Shown one piece after another: positions 11,701 through 23,850 of a stretch of DNA of 64,000 bases. Position numbers and translations under genes: made by a program. Origin of the DNA: Octopus vulgaris (taxonomy: Eukaryota). Location of the stretch: assembly GCA_951406725.2 (NCBI GenBank), contig OX597833.1, positions 71,114,001 to 71,178,000 of the forward strand. Reading direction: 5' to 3'. The stretch's first letter is position 1; every line of letters begins with the position of its first letter. The notes below the pieces were generated by a model. That model had not been told where the DNA came from, did no database searches, and saw only the letters and a list, made by a program, of their open reading frames with translations.

Positions 11701-14700
11701 GTTCGTCATGAAATCAAGAAATTTGATTTGTTACTGACTCGAATATCCCCAAACTGTGTTGAATTCTTGTCATGTTTTACTATAAAACTTTGTTTCTTTG
11801 AGGAATTGTAATATGTTGCCAAAATATTTGGTAGCTTCAAAAATAATTGGCCGAGTCTTACCTGAAGAAATGGCAGGTTGTAAAAATACAAACTTGCATA
11901 ATGTTACCTGTTGAGTTATGCAGTTGTGCTCATATTTTGAATAAACCTGCTTTGGAAACACGTGCAGTGGTGATATCCTGAAGCATCCATTTGCTTTAGT
12001 CTTGTTTGCTATATGTGTGTGTGTGTGTGGTTAGGATGTTGCTCTCCTGATCGCTAGATTGTGGTTTCTATTCCTAGACCGGGTGGTGCATTGTGTTGTT
12101 GAGCAAAACCCTTCATCTCACATTGCTCTGCAATCACTTTGACACCTGACATGTAGTACACATGTAGTACACCATGCACCTGTTCAGGTGGCGTTTGAGG
12201 TTTGATGGAGAGAGTGCATTTGATCACAATAAACAAATCGTTTGTGCTGGTTGTTCGACAAAGCTATAACAGAAGAGACTTGCCCAAGGTGCCATGCGGT
12301 AGGACTGAACCTGAACCATTTGGCTGTGAAAAAAACATTTTACCACACAGCCACCCACTATAAATTCATTTTACTTTACACTTCCATATTTGGACTTGTA
12401 TCCTATTTTGGTGGTTCCGGTCTCAACATCTTACTTGATGGTCCTGGCTGGCTTCCTTTAGAAGCCTGTTGTATTTGGTGATATTCTTGGAATTTCAAAC
12501 TGAATCCTTTTATAAATCCATGGCTTTGATAGATGGTTCTTATCCCATTTCTCATACCAAAGATTGTCCCCTGTTTTTGTTATTGTTTCTCGCTGACCCA
12601 GTGATTGAACTCGTGTCCCTTTGCTAAACAACTACATTAACACTTGACACTTAATCAGTGCTTTATATCCTCTCTTCCTGAGGGCGGCAAACTGGCAGAA
12701 ACGTTAGCACGCCAGGCGAAATGCATAGCTGTATTTTGTCCGTCTTAACGTTCTGAGTTCAAATTCCGCCGAGGTCGACTTTGACTTTCATCCTTTCAGG
12801 GTCAATAAATTAAGTACATATTTCTTTATTACCCACAAGGGGCTAAACATAGAAGGGACAAAAACAGACATAGGTATTAAGTCAATTACATTGACCCCAG
12901 TGCGTAACTGGTACTTAACTTATCCACCCCGAAAGGGTGAAAGGCAAAGTCGACCTCGGCAGAATTTGAACTCACAACGTAACGACAGACGAATTACGGC
13001 TACGCATTTCGCCCGGCGTGCTAACGATTCTGCCAGCTCGCTGCCTTCGTAGCAGTTACGCACTGGGATCGATGTAAATGACTTAATCCGTTTGTCTGTC
13101 CTTGTTTGTCCTTTCTGTGTTTAGCCCCTTGTGGGTAGTAAAGACATATATATCCTCTCTTCCATTGCCATCTAATAAACTGTAAAACTGATATAAATCA
13201 CAGATAGCTAAAAAGTGTTTTCTCTGTTTATTAAAATGGTGAATTCTTTGTTGGTTTCTCCTTGACTTCCCCTCCATCAGGTACGGCTATGTGACCAATA
13301 CCAAAGTGAAGTTTGTGATTGTGGTCGAATCGTCCAATACGTCGTTGCGAGACAACGAAATCAGAAGTGTAAGTCGTTGGTGCATGTTTTATGTTGCTCA
13401 TTGTACAAGGTGCAGACGGGGCCGTGTGGTAAGAAGTTTGCTTCTCAACAACATGGTTCCAGGTTCAGTCCCACTTCGTGACACCTTGGGCAAGTATCTG
13501 CTACAATAGCCTCAAAGCTGACCAAAACCTTATGAGTGGATTTGCTAGAGAGAAACTGAAAGAAGCCCATTGGCACGTAAAAAACACCATTTGAGCGTGA
13601 TCATTTCCTGCGTCGCCTTACTGGCACTTGTGCTGGTGGCACATGAAAAAACATTTGAGCGAGGTCGTCGCCAGTGCCGCTGGACTGGCTCCTGTGCAGG
13701 TGGCACATAAAAAGCACCATTTGAGCGTGGCCATTGCCAGTACAGCCTGACTGGCCCTCGTACCGGTGGCACATAAAAGCACCCACTACACTCTCGGAGT
13801 GGTTGGCGTTAGGAAGGGCATCCAGCTGTAGAAACTCTGCCAGATCAAGATTGAAGCCTGGTGCAGCCAGTCCTCAGTCAAATCGTCCAACCCATGCTAG
13901 CATGGAAAGCGGACATTAAACAATGATGATGATTGGGTGGAAAATGATCAGGGCATGAAAAAGGACAATACAGGGATTACGTTATGGTCTGTTGGATCAT
14001 AATGTTATCTTTGTATCATCCTTTTTTATGCCCTGATGATTTTCTACGCAAAGTATTTTAAAATGCAAGATTTTATATTTTCATATGTTTTGTAATTATA
14101 ATTTTAGTTGTGAAATGAATCACTTGTAGGTAAATGTGTTAATTAATAAATTAATTCATATCCATTTCAAACTTAATAGTATATATACATATGTATATAT
14201 ATGTATGTATATATATGCGTGTGTGTGTGTGTCTTTGTGTCTGTAGTTTGTTCTCCACCACTGCTTGACAACCAGTATCAGTTTGTTTACATCCCTGTAA
14301 CTTAGCAGTTTGGCAAAAAAGACTGATAGAATAAGCATCAGGCTTCTTTCAATTTCCATCTACGAAATCCACTGATTTTGGTTGTAGAAAACTGATTTGG
14401 TTGTAGAAAACACTTGCCCAAGATTCCATGCAGTGGGACTGAACCTGGAACCATGTGGTTGGGAAGTGAACTTCTTCCTACAGAACCACACCTCTGCCTG
14501 TGTTGTCTTTTGCTTTGTGTTGTATTTTGTGGATTTGTTTCCTTTCCTGTTGTGTCCCTACGATAGAAAAGCAGTTTGGTGCAGTCCCTTGCTCCTGGTT
14601 CTATCCACAGAAGGAATACAGCAATGGCCCTTAGAAACCAGCCCTGCAAGCTGCAACTGTGACTCCTCCGCAGTGCCACCCCCCACTCTGTGACACTTTG

Positions 14701-17700
14701 TGTTTACAACTTGATTGTCTACTGAGGCAGATGCAAGTCCTCTTAGCCATTGACGTATAATAATAATAATAAATGATAAGATTTGAACCACTAACCTCAG
14801 CTGTCCACACTCATATATGTAGATATTCAGTAATGCATGTATGAACCCAAGTTGAATTATCTCCATGTGTCTAGTTAACATCAGGTTCCATTGAATGTTT
14901 AATGTATGCAATTGAGTCAGTATTTAAATAAATTAGCCATTTGTGTATCGTACATAATATATATATACAGTTGATAGGCCAGTTACTGCAATATTTATCC
15001 TGAGATAACATCACTTATGGACCTGCTCTGATATTTATTGTATTCTTATCGTGAATCCATAATTGATGTTACCTCGAGACAAATACTGCAGCAACTGGCC
15101 TATCAACTGTGTATATATTCATTAAGTACGATGCATAGATGGCTGATTGAATGTTGTTGTTGCTCTTGTTTAACACCAGCTGAGTTTTGATTAAATAGAC
15201 CGAGGATCAAAGGTATTCCAACCATGGCCATATCATTGAGATTTTATACATCTTGGACTCTGTAGTCCAATATATCTGTCATTTCTAATATTTTCCTAGC
15301 CTTCCTTAATACTGGTTCCCATATGCTGCTCATATCTTCACTCCGTCTGCTTAAGAGGTTGTTTTGCCCTAACATATGTGCTGCTTCTTTTAGTTTTCGT
15401 ATTTCCAGTGGTGTTCTCTGTCTATTATTTTAACTTCATCCCACAGGTGGGGAAGTGGTCTCCATTTTTCCATACATGATCAGCTATACCCGATTTATCA
15501 ATATCATCTGTATACCTCAACTTCAATTCCCACCATCCATACAGTGTAAAGAGAGGGATTGCTCAGTGCCTAAAACATCGAGCAATGAATATAAGCAGCG
15601 ATCGTGATACACACCACGAAGAAATGATCAAGCTCAATAACGATCTATTAAGCAACAACTACCCCAAGAGTATACTATCCACTCCAATTATGAAATAAAG
15701 AGAGGATGAAACCAATAAACTGTCCACAGTCTGTCTACCCTATGTGAAAGGCCTCTCCGAAAAGATACAAAAGATATGCGGCCCATATGACATCAGGACA
15801 GTATTCAAGAGTGATACAACACTTCGCAAATATCTCCTCTATTCTCTCTCTCTCTCTCTCTCTAAAAAGCACCATCTGAACAGGACCAATGCCAGTGCCC
15901 CCTAACTGGCACTGTACCGGTGGCACATAAAAAACACCCACTGCATTCTTGGAGTGGTTGGCATTAGGAAGGGCATCCAGCTGTAGAAACACTGCCAAAT
16001 CAAGATTGGAGCCTGGTGCAGCCTTCTGGCTTGCCAGGCCTCAGTCAAACCGTCCAACCCATGCCAGCATGGAAAACGGATGTTAAATGATGATGATGAT
16101 GATAATGATGATGATATAACATATATATTATTTAAATCTGTCTGTTTCAGATGTTTAAAAAGCTCCACAATGCCTATGTCGATATGCTCTGCAATCCATT
16201 CTACACTCCAGGGGAGACCATCACCTCCAAGTAAGTCCCCCGTTTCACTCTTCCGTCTTTGTTGCTATAAACCAAACATTAATCCTTTCGTGGGCCTGTT
16301 TCTTAGCAGTGACCCACCTTTTGGGTTGTAATTCATTTCTGTCTAACATTATGAAGAAGTTTAGTAAAACACAGGTAGCTTTATTTATTGGTTTATGTTA
16401 TACGGATATTGATTAACAGGTATTTATATATATTAAGCTGGAGTTGACCCACTTTTATATATATTGTGTTGTGTGGACCAACTCATGTGTGTAGGTGCTT
16501 GTGCCTCTCCGAGAGAGAGAGAGAGAGGGAAAAAATTCTATGTCTGTATATATATATATATAATAAAATATTAGGGAATAAATCCAAACTTACAGGGAAA
16601 AATCAGATTTAGGATTAAATCCAATTTTATAGTAAAATATTATATTATATTATATTAGAGATAAAACCATTAGGCAAATCAAACAATGAAAAACTTAAGC
16701 CAATACATAAAATTAATTAATTTATATTATTTTAAATATATATCAAAAATATTAAAAGTTTAATAAAAGATAATGAGTAAAACACTACGATCGTTTCATG
16801 GCTGTCCAATTCTTAATAATTCGAGTTATGGTTACAGTCAATCTTCAGGTAATTGAAATATCTAAAATATAATCAGAAATATTTAAACAATATTTTTAAG
16901 ATATAAATAATATAATAATTTTACTTATAATAAACTCTATTATCAAACTAGAAACATAGAACTTAACAATTATGATTATATCAAAATCGACTATAATGTT
17001 AAATATTAATTTTGATTTATAAGGTAGGAAACCACACATAATCTAATATCGGTATTAGTCTATATCTAATTACATAAATATTTAAAAATGACTATCATAT
17101 ATAAATTATCAATGAAAATATGTAAAAGTATATAAATATTATAATTAAGATCTAAAATAATCTCTATAAATAAATGCCTCAACATACTATAAAGTCTTTC
17201 CCATACCTTTATAATTATAAGCTAAAATGAGTGATCATAACCAAATCTATAAATACTTATCAAAATTTGTAGTATAACTATACATACGTATACATAAATA
17301 TATAAAAAAATATACATACATATACATATATATATACATATATATATATATACATACATATACATACACATATACACATACATACACACATACATACATA
17401 TACACACACATATATACTCACACATACACATATGCACACTCATACATACATGTACATACATACAATACTCAATATATACACTTACACCTATATATACACA
17501 CCCACACACATACACATAAATAAATGTATATACATATACATATATATACACACATCATCATCATATACACATATATACGTACACAGACAACCACATATAC
17601 TAGCGAATATCAATTTAAAGAAATAACTAAGTTATGCTATTAAATTAGACATGGCCTGGACCAATCTTTAGTCGAAACATATCTAAGTTTATCAAAGTTT

Positions 17701-18803
17701 ATCTAATTTAATTATAAATTTAAAACTACAATTAATACTATTAAAACATGTATTTACAAAAGCCTAACTTAATACACCTCGTATGCTTGCTATCAAATAA
17801 CAAATCTATTGCTAAGTAGTATCTTACGAATAAACTTAAATTTAATATCTAATAACATAGAAAATTACGATAAGATCATTACATAAACAACGATATTTAC
17901 ATAAGGAGAAAAGCCATCCACCAGTAAACTGGTGTTACACACTCAAAGTGTTAAGATTCACTACAAAATTGTGGTAAATAGCAATATGCTGTACAGTAGA
18001 CATGTCTAATCTCTGTCAATAGGAAAAAAATATGTTTAAAAGTGGTGGTGATAAAACTGTATTCATTTATGACAACATCTTGACCATCCTCCCTGATTGT
18101 TCCGGCTTAACTTAGCCTCACAAGGCATTGTCCACACAACCAGTACACCGTATTGATTCCGTGTGCAGAGGCTGCAAAACCTCCTCCAGTGGAGCCATGC
18201 CACCTCTCGACTCGTACAACAATAACAAAATAAAATATGTGCTACTTATTTTGGGTTGAGCTGTGAAGGGCAGGAACATTGATTCTTTCTCTAGGTCCAG
18301 CAAGTAAAAGTGAAAAAGTGTGGTGGTGGTCACATAAACAAGGCACTGGTAATGGTGCCACATAAAAAAAAAAGCACCCAGTCTACTCTGTAAAGTGGTT
18401 GGTGTTAAGGAGGGCATCCAGATGTAGAAACCACGCCACAACAGACTATGGGACTTGGTGTGGCTCCTGGCCTTGCCAGCCCTCAGTCAAATCGTCCAAC
18501 CCATGCTAGCATGGAAAGCGGACGTTAAACGATGATGATGATGATAATGATGAATAATAACAACAACAATGAGCTTATTGTATAGTGTTGAGAGGTGTTG
18601 TGCAATTCATGGGGAAAGGATAAAAAGAAGGAATAGTAATCGGTGAAAAGTGAAGTAAAGAAAGACGATAGTAAAAAGTAGAATGGTAGCAGAGAAATAG
18701 TGAAGAATCAGATTTCTGAAATTAAAGAATTTCTAATGCTTGTTTCTTTTTCCTTTTCAGATCTTTTGAAAATGTAATTAATTCTATGATGCAACAAGAG
18801 TGA
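8690..18803 (+). CDS. TRAPPC2L: Trafficking protein particle complex subunit 2-like protein, whole gene, join(8690..8722,10617..10789,13281..13368,16151..16230,18761..18803), 138 aa
   Basis: Spliced [141 protein letters not shown], a recognisable sedlin-family TRAPPC2L; exon lengths 33+173+88+80+43=417 nt with consistent phases. Confidence 0.97.
10617..10789 (+). CDS. TRAPPC2L: TRAPPC2L exon 2
   Basis: Acceptor ttgtcttcttgcag; NYPLYIK...YPTEDYK(V); U12-type donor GTATCCT at 10790. Confidence 0.96.
10790..13280 (+). other. U12-type (minor spliceosome) GT-AG intron of TRAPPC2L
   Basis: 5' splice site GTATCCTAA; branch sequence TCCTTGAC at 13259-13266 about 15 nt before CAG; only this donor keeps the KVYGY frame. 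Confidence 0.9.
11467..11696. mobile_element. TTAA-flanked piggyBac-type MITE (opposite orientation to the 1685 copies)
   Basis: TTAA-CCCTTTCATTAC ... GTAATGAAAGGG-TTAA; same internal sequence as 1995-2221, reversed. Confidence 0.85.
13281..13368 (+). CDS. TRAPPC2L: TRAPPC2L exon 3
   Basis: [29 protein letters not shown]; donor gtaagt. Confidence 0.96.
15293..15837. mobile_element. Penelope-like element relic with internal inversion
   Basis: Plus strand 15512-15837 [24 protein letters not shown]...[26 protein letters not shown] (PLE RT C-terminal region); minus strand 15293-15505 [10 protein letters not shown]...[22 protein letters not shown] (GIY-YIG C-terminal region, frameshifted). Confidence 0.85.
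16151..16230 (+). CDS. TRAPPC2L: TRAPPC2L exon 4
   Basis: Acceptor tgtttcag; [26 protein letters not shown](K) with the conserved NPFY motif; donor gtaagt. Confidence 0.96.
16781..16855 (-). ncRNA. Minimal hammerhead ribozyme-like motif within an AT-rich PLE-type repeat (16561 to ~17220)
   Basis: Minus strand: AATTAC-CTGAAGA-[TTGACTGT...ACAGCCAT]-GAA-ACG-AT-CGT-A-GTG; conserved core boxes and palindromic helix III, imperfect helix II. Confidence 0.55.
18761..18803 (+). CDS. TRAPPC2L: TRAPPC2L exon 5 (terminal coding part)
   Basis: Acceptor ttccttttcag; phase-compatible [16 protein letters not shown]. Confidence 0.88.
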
Positions 18804-19578
18804 GAATATTATATTCCTTGAAGAATGGCCAGATACAATAAGTTGTGTTGTTGTTGTTGATGATGATGTCATCAGCTCACAGCAAAGAGGAAGAAAATAT
18901 AAAGTCTGCTGTCTGTTTTTACTCTAACCATTATTCGAAGAAGATTTGAAGAATGTCTGAAAGTTGTAGCCTGATTTAACTCACAGACGGCATTAGATTA
19001 TTATATTTCAATATCAAGACTTTAAATGTGGACAATGAAAAGGGTTTGGGGTTAGAAGTCAATGTGGACTCCATAAGAAAATTGGTTGAGAGGTGGGAGA
19101 AAAACTTGGCATTCACTTCGGCTCTGAGCACTTCTGGACATTTTCTTCACAAAGCCGGAATACATTCCATTCTAGAGAACCCTGGTCTCACACCTGAAAT
19201 GGCCAACTGCATTCTTCTGTTGTTGTTACCTTAAGTTACCTCTACACCAACATCCTTCAGATAAACGCCAGTCCACCATCATCTTGTACCATTTTTACTC
19301 AGCTGCCTGTTGTTGTTGTTGTTCTACTACCACTGCTGCTGCTACTACTACTACTACTACTGTTACTAGTGTCAGTGTTGTAGGCTGCACAATGCAGCTG
19401 TATTCTAATGTCAGCGGAGGAAAGGAAAAAGTATTGCTTCTCCAAAATACGCTTCTGCTTCTTTTGCCCTGCACCTAACTCATTTGCATAATAAGCACCA
19501 ACACACACACACACACAGTCTCTCTCTCTCTTCCCTCTCCCTACCTCTCTCCTCCAGAGCTTCTTTCTCTTTGTTCTT

Positions 19579-20031
19579 TTAACCCTTTAGTGTTCGCATT
19601 ATTCTGCCAAAATTAATCCTTTTTTATCCACATTGCTCTGAACTAATCATGCATTATCTTGTAGCTTTGAGATTTTGATGAGGTAGCTGTTAATTTTTAA
19701 GATGATATTGTAGGGTTGGTGTGAGAGACCAGATCTGGCCAGTTTGAACATAAAACAGGCAGAATACTTTTGGCCCGATATGGCTGGTTTGAATGCTAAA
19801 GGGTTAACCCTTTTGTTACTAACCCGGCCAAAACAGGCTCTGGCTCTGTGGTAAAATGTCTTGTTTTCATAAGTTTTGAATTAAAATATTCCACCAAACC
19901 TTAGTCACAATTTATGTTCCTAACACAAGCTGAATGACAACTAAGTTATTTTACTAAATTCTTTCTTATATTTAAAGTAATTGAAAGAAACACAGAGCAT
20001 CTCAACAGAAATATGGTAACAAAAGGGTTAA
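19579..20031. mobile_element. Two different piggyBac-type MITEs sharing a TTAA (19579-19807, 19804-20031)
   Basis: TTAA-CCCTTTAG...CTAAAGGG-TTAA-CCCTTTTGTTAC...GTAACAAAAGGG-TTAA; downstream of the TRAPPC2L stop, possibly in the 3' UTR. Confidence 0.8.
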
Positions 20032-21940
20032 GCCACACACAAAACCTCACACACAACCCCTTGATTCCATAAACTTTAATTATTTACCTTGTACAACTCC
20101 TGTCAGCACATATATTCTAAACCTGCCGTAGACAGTCAGTTATGAAGTTCTCCGTTCAATCCACCCCACCATCTCTTCCCTCTTTGTCCCCTCATTTTCT
20201 AAACCCTTCTGATTCGAGAGGTGCCTCTGCCTCCTTAGACACATGATGACAAAACAGAAACAAAAAACTGGAAACAAAACAAAATTTAACTGTACAACCA
20301 ACAGTCGTTGCTGTGTAATGCTGTTGTAAAGAAAATATACTGACTTTTCATCCTGAATATTTACGAAGAGAAAGAGGAACATTTAAATTAAAAAGAATAT
20401 CTGAAAAAAATATTAAAAAAAAAAGAAGTCTTTGTTTCTTTGAAGTTAAAAAACGTGTTTTGCATTGAGAAGAATTATAGAATGGTTTGGTGTTGATAAA
20501 CCGAATCTAAGTGGCATGGGTTCAATTTCTTGTTGCAGCTAGTTCACTTACTCTCTAAATCATCATCATCATCATCGTTTAACGTCAGCTTTCCATGCTA
20601 GCATGGGTTGGACGGTTCGACTGGGGTCTGGGAAGCCAGGAGGCTGCACCAGGTTCCTGTCTGATCTGGCAGTGTTTCTACAGCTGGGTGCCCTTCTTAA
20701 CGCCAACCACTCCGTGAGTGTAGTGGGTGCTTTTTATGTACCAGGCAAGGCTGGCAATGGCCATGATCGTTTGGTGCTTTTTATGTGCCACCGGCATGGA
20801 GGCCAGTCGAGGCGGCACTGGCACTGGCAAAGGCCATGTTCGGATGGTTCTTTTACGTACCACCACCACTGGTATCACAACTAAATACTCTTTGAAAAGG
20901 CATGAACGTCACAACATCTATTTTCATTCCTTCGAGTAAATTGATCCATTCACCTGTTGGTTGTTGTTTCATGTGGGTGGTAGGTGTGGCTAAGAAACTT
21001 GCCTCTCGATCATGTGGTTCTGGGTTCAGTCCCACTGTGTAGCACCTTGGGCAAGTGTCTTCTTCTATGGCCCTGGGTCAGCCAAAGCCTTGTGAGTGGA
21101 TTCAGTAGACAGGAACTGAAAGAAGCCCATCATATGTGTGTGTGTTTGTGTTTCTTTTGACGTGATTTGATGATTGTAAATGAGCATCACCATCATACAA
21201 GCGAGGTTGTTCATTTTGAGTTTTCCATGAAAAAACATGTCTGGCCACAAGGAAATATTATGGTGTTTGAAAATCTGGGAGGTTTTTTGACCGGAAGGGC
21301 ATCCGGTGGCTGCAGAAAAACCAACCTCAACTAATTCTGAGCCATGCAAGCATTGAATAACAGACATTAAATGATGATGGTGGTGGTGGTGGTGGAGGAT
21401 TCACACTCTTCCAGATTTGCTATTAAAATCCTAATTGATGCATGTTTCTCCAGATTCATGGATTCTTCCAATTCCTCTCGGGACTGAAATGGCCATGATG
21501 GTGCTACATGACTGACAACATGTATGACCCGTTGAATGACTCCATGAATGCTCTCTTGTTCACTTGGAAAGGATTTTTTTTTTCTCCCCTATTTTACATT
21601 GTGAAGATATTTTTGTCAACTTTTGTCCTGATTTAGAAACTTCTCAACTGCAAAACTATGGACTGGATAGGTCTGCAAATTTAAACATTTATCATCATCA
21701 AATATTTCAAGGCCAGTCTCCCTGTTGAAGTGAGAGTTAGTCTTATGGGGGTCCCATGGGAACCTTCTACTCATGCCCGTCGAGTCAGCCCTTTTAGTCA
21801 CTTCTGATAAGACAAGGATAGGGTGTACCCCTTTTAAAACCCACACAGACAAAGGGACATGCAGACATTGATATTACAATAGATTATGTGGGAATCAGTT
21901 TATTTTTATGTTTTTGATTTATTATTAGTGTTGCTTAAGT

Positions 21941-22310
21941 GGAGGCGCAATGGCCCTGTGGACATGCGGTCATAGGATCACGGATTTGATTCCCAGAGCG
22001 GGCGTTGTGAGTGTTTATTGAGCGAAAACACCTAAAGCTTCACGAGGCTCCGTCAGGGGATGGTGGTGATCCCTGCTGTACTCTTTCCCCATGACTTTCT
22101 CTCACTCTTTCTTCCTGTTTCTGTCGTACCTGTATTTTCAAAGGGCCAGTCTTGTCACACTCTGTGTCAGTCTCAATCTCCCCGAGAACTACATTAAGGG
22201 TACACGTGTCTGTGGAGTACTCGGCCACTTGCATGTTAATTTCACAAGTAGGCTGTTCTGTTGATCGGATCAACTGGAACCCTCGTCGTTGTAACCGATG
22301 TAGTGCCAAC
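21941..22310 (+). mobile_element. tRNA-derived SINE (GGAGGCGCAATGGCCC head family)
   Basis: tRNA-like head with A/B boxes. Relatives sharing the head and/or body: 49690-50065(-), 52860-53160(+), 29445-29760(-), 10930-11240(-). Confidence 0.75.
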
Positions 22311-22389
22311 AGTGTTGCTTAATATGTTTTGCTAAAATTGCTGTTTCTTTTCAGATATCATCAGAAAAGGGTAATTAAAATTCATTAAA

Positions 22390-22446
22390 ATGACAGATCT
22401 GTCGGACTTTCAAAGAGGTCAAATTGTTGGTGCTCATATGGCAGGC
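22390..22446 (+). mobile_element. Tc1-like transposase N-terminal remnant
   Basis: MTDLSDFQRGQIVGAHMAG matches the Tc1 paired-like N-terminus LSDFERGQIVGAR; truncated by the adjacent LINE. Confidence 0.6.
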
Positions 22447-23055
22447 ATCTTCTTTAGTCATTGTTGGAGCCTGCGTGTTGAGGGTCAGATGTCGGTTATT
22501 CACGATTAGTATTTGTAAGGTCATCATCGTCTCTGATGCGAGGATAGATGGCCTTTTGATGGTCTTGTTGTCAACAGCAGAAGCCATGCTTGCATCTCTT
22601 CTTCCCAACCCAGAAGAATGAGTAACCTTCCTCTTGCAACAGGCCCTGTTCGTCGATCCTGGTCTCTTGGGGGTGCAGCAATGCTTAAACTGAACCGATG
22701 CAATTCTTTGCTATCCGTGCTGTTGTCCGCTCGGGTATGGAGTCTCCATCAAGCACAGTGCACACGTTTCGCATTGCTACTGTCATCTTCATTTTCTTGC
22801 AGTTTCTACTGCTGGAACGAAGTCCCACTTGCCACGGTGAATCACTTTTGCCCTCAGCACACTTTCTTTACTCTTACCTTTTCAAGGGATCTTCCCTTCT
22901 GTTGTCTGATGCAACAAATCTTCCGCGTAGCCGCAATAACCTTCAAGACGTTGATCCAGGACTCCCCCGCCTTGTCAGTTATCCAAAGTCTTGCCTGCGG
23001 ACGCCTTCACCGTATCCCTGGAGCGGGAGGGTAAAGGATTGCTAGCACTTATACA
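22447..23055 (-). mobile_element. RTE-clade LINE 5' end (UTR plus degenerate APE endonuclease)
   Basis: Minus strand MKMTVAMRNVCTVLDGDSIPERTTARIAK...QETRIDEQGLLQEEGYSFFWVGK resembles RTE APE (WNVRTL...RPERRTA...QETR...GYTFFWSG). Confidence 0.75.
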
Positions 23056-23359
23056 AGGCTCCACCCCAGTCTATGGATGGAAGGGCCGACTTTTCCTTTT
23101 ACGTAAATATTCGTGCAATTCGGTTACGTATCGTTCATATCTTTTCAATTTACGAACTTCACTGGAAGTTTTTTTTTTCTGAGTAAGCTTTAAGTTTCAA
23201 GGGAAACAACTATTCCTACAGGACTTTTATGATAATGGTTATTTCCCTTGGACAAAGTACTTTTTTTTTCTCAATCAGTTGATTTTTCTTGATTAGTTAA
23301 TTTAAATCGAAATTAATTGAATAGAAAAACAAACAAACAAAAGAAGCAAAGCAAAAAGC

Positions 23360-23850
23360 AGCAACAGCTCTTACAGCGTTTGTTAGGGTAATACAGTTTT
23401 TCGGTAGCCTATGTTGAAAGATCCCTGTTTTTAAGACTTGCACCGTTTGCTCCCGTTGCTGTAGGGACCTGGTTTTTCTTTTTAGAATTTTCCATTTGAT
23501 TATATGAAGAGTCCTTTCATCCTTCAGATGCCACACTTGGTTGGCCAAGGATGTAGCATAACGTCTTTCTGAGATTCTAAATGAAGATGTGTGGTTGGAG
23601 AGGTGCTGCTTAAAGGTTTTCCTGGAACATCCACTGTATTTCTGAATGCTGCTGTTGGAGTTGATGTTGCTACTTCTGTTCTTAGTGATACTGGGGTTGG
23701 TGTTGCTAATGCTGGCATAGGGATGTCATTGGTGGCGAAGTTGGTATTGGCACTGTTGTTGTTGTAACCATCGTCGTTGTTGTTGGTGGAGTATTACTGC
23801 CCTCCTAGATGGGGGTTGCAGGCTCATGTCTTGCACATACATTCCATTCT
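23360..23850 (-). mobile_element. Penelope-like GIY-YIG endonuclease relic
   Basis: Minus strand YSGCSRKTFKQHLSNHTSSFRISERRYATSLANQVWHLKDERTLHIIKWKILK...PYSNGSKRC, typical of PLE endonuclease (FKxRxxNHxxSF...WxLK...IKWKIL). Confidence 0.8.
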
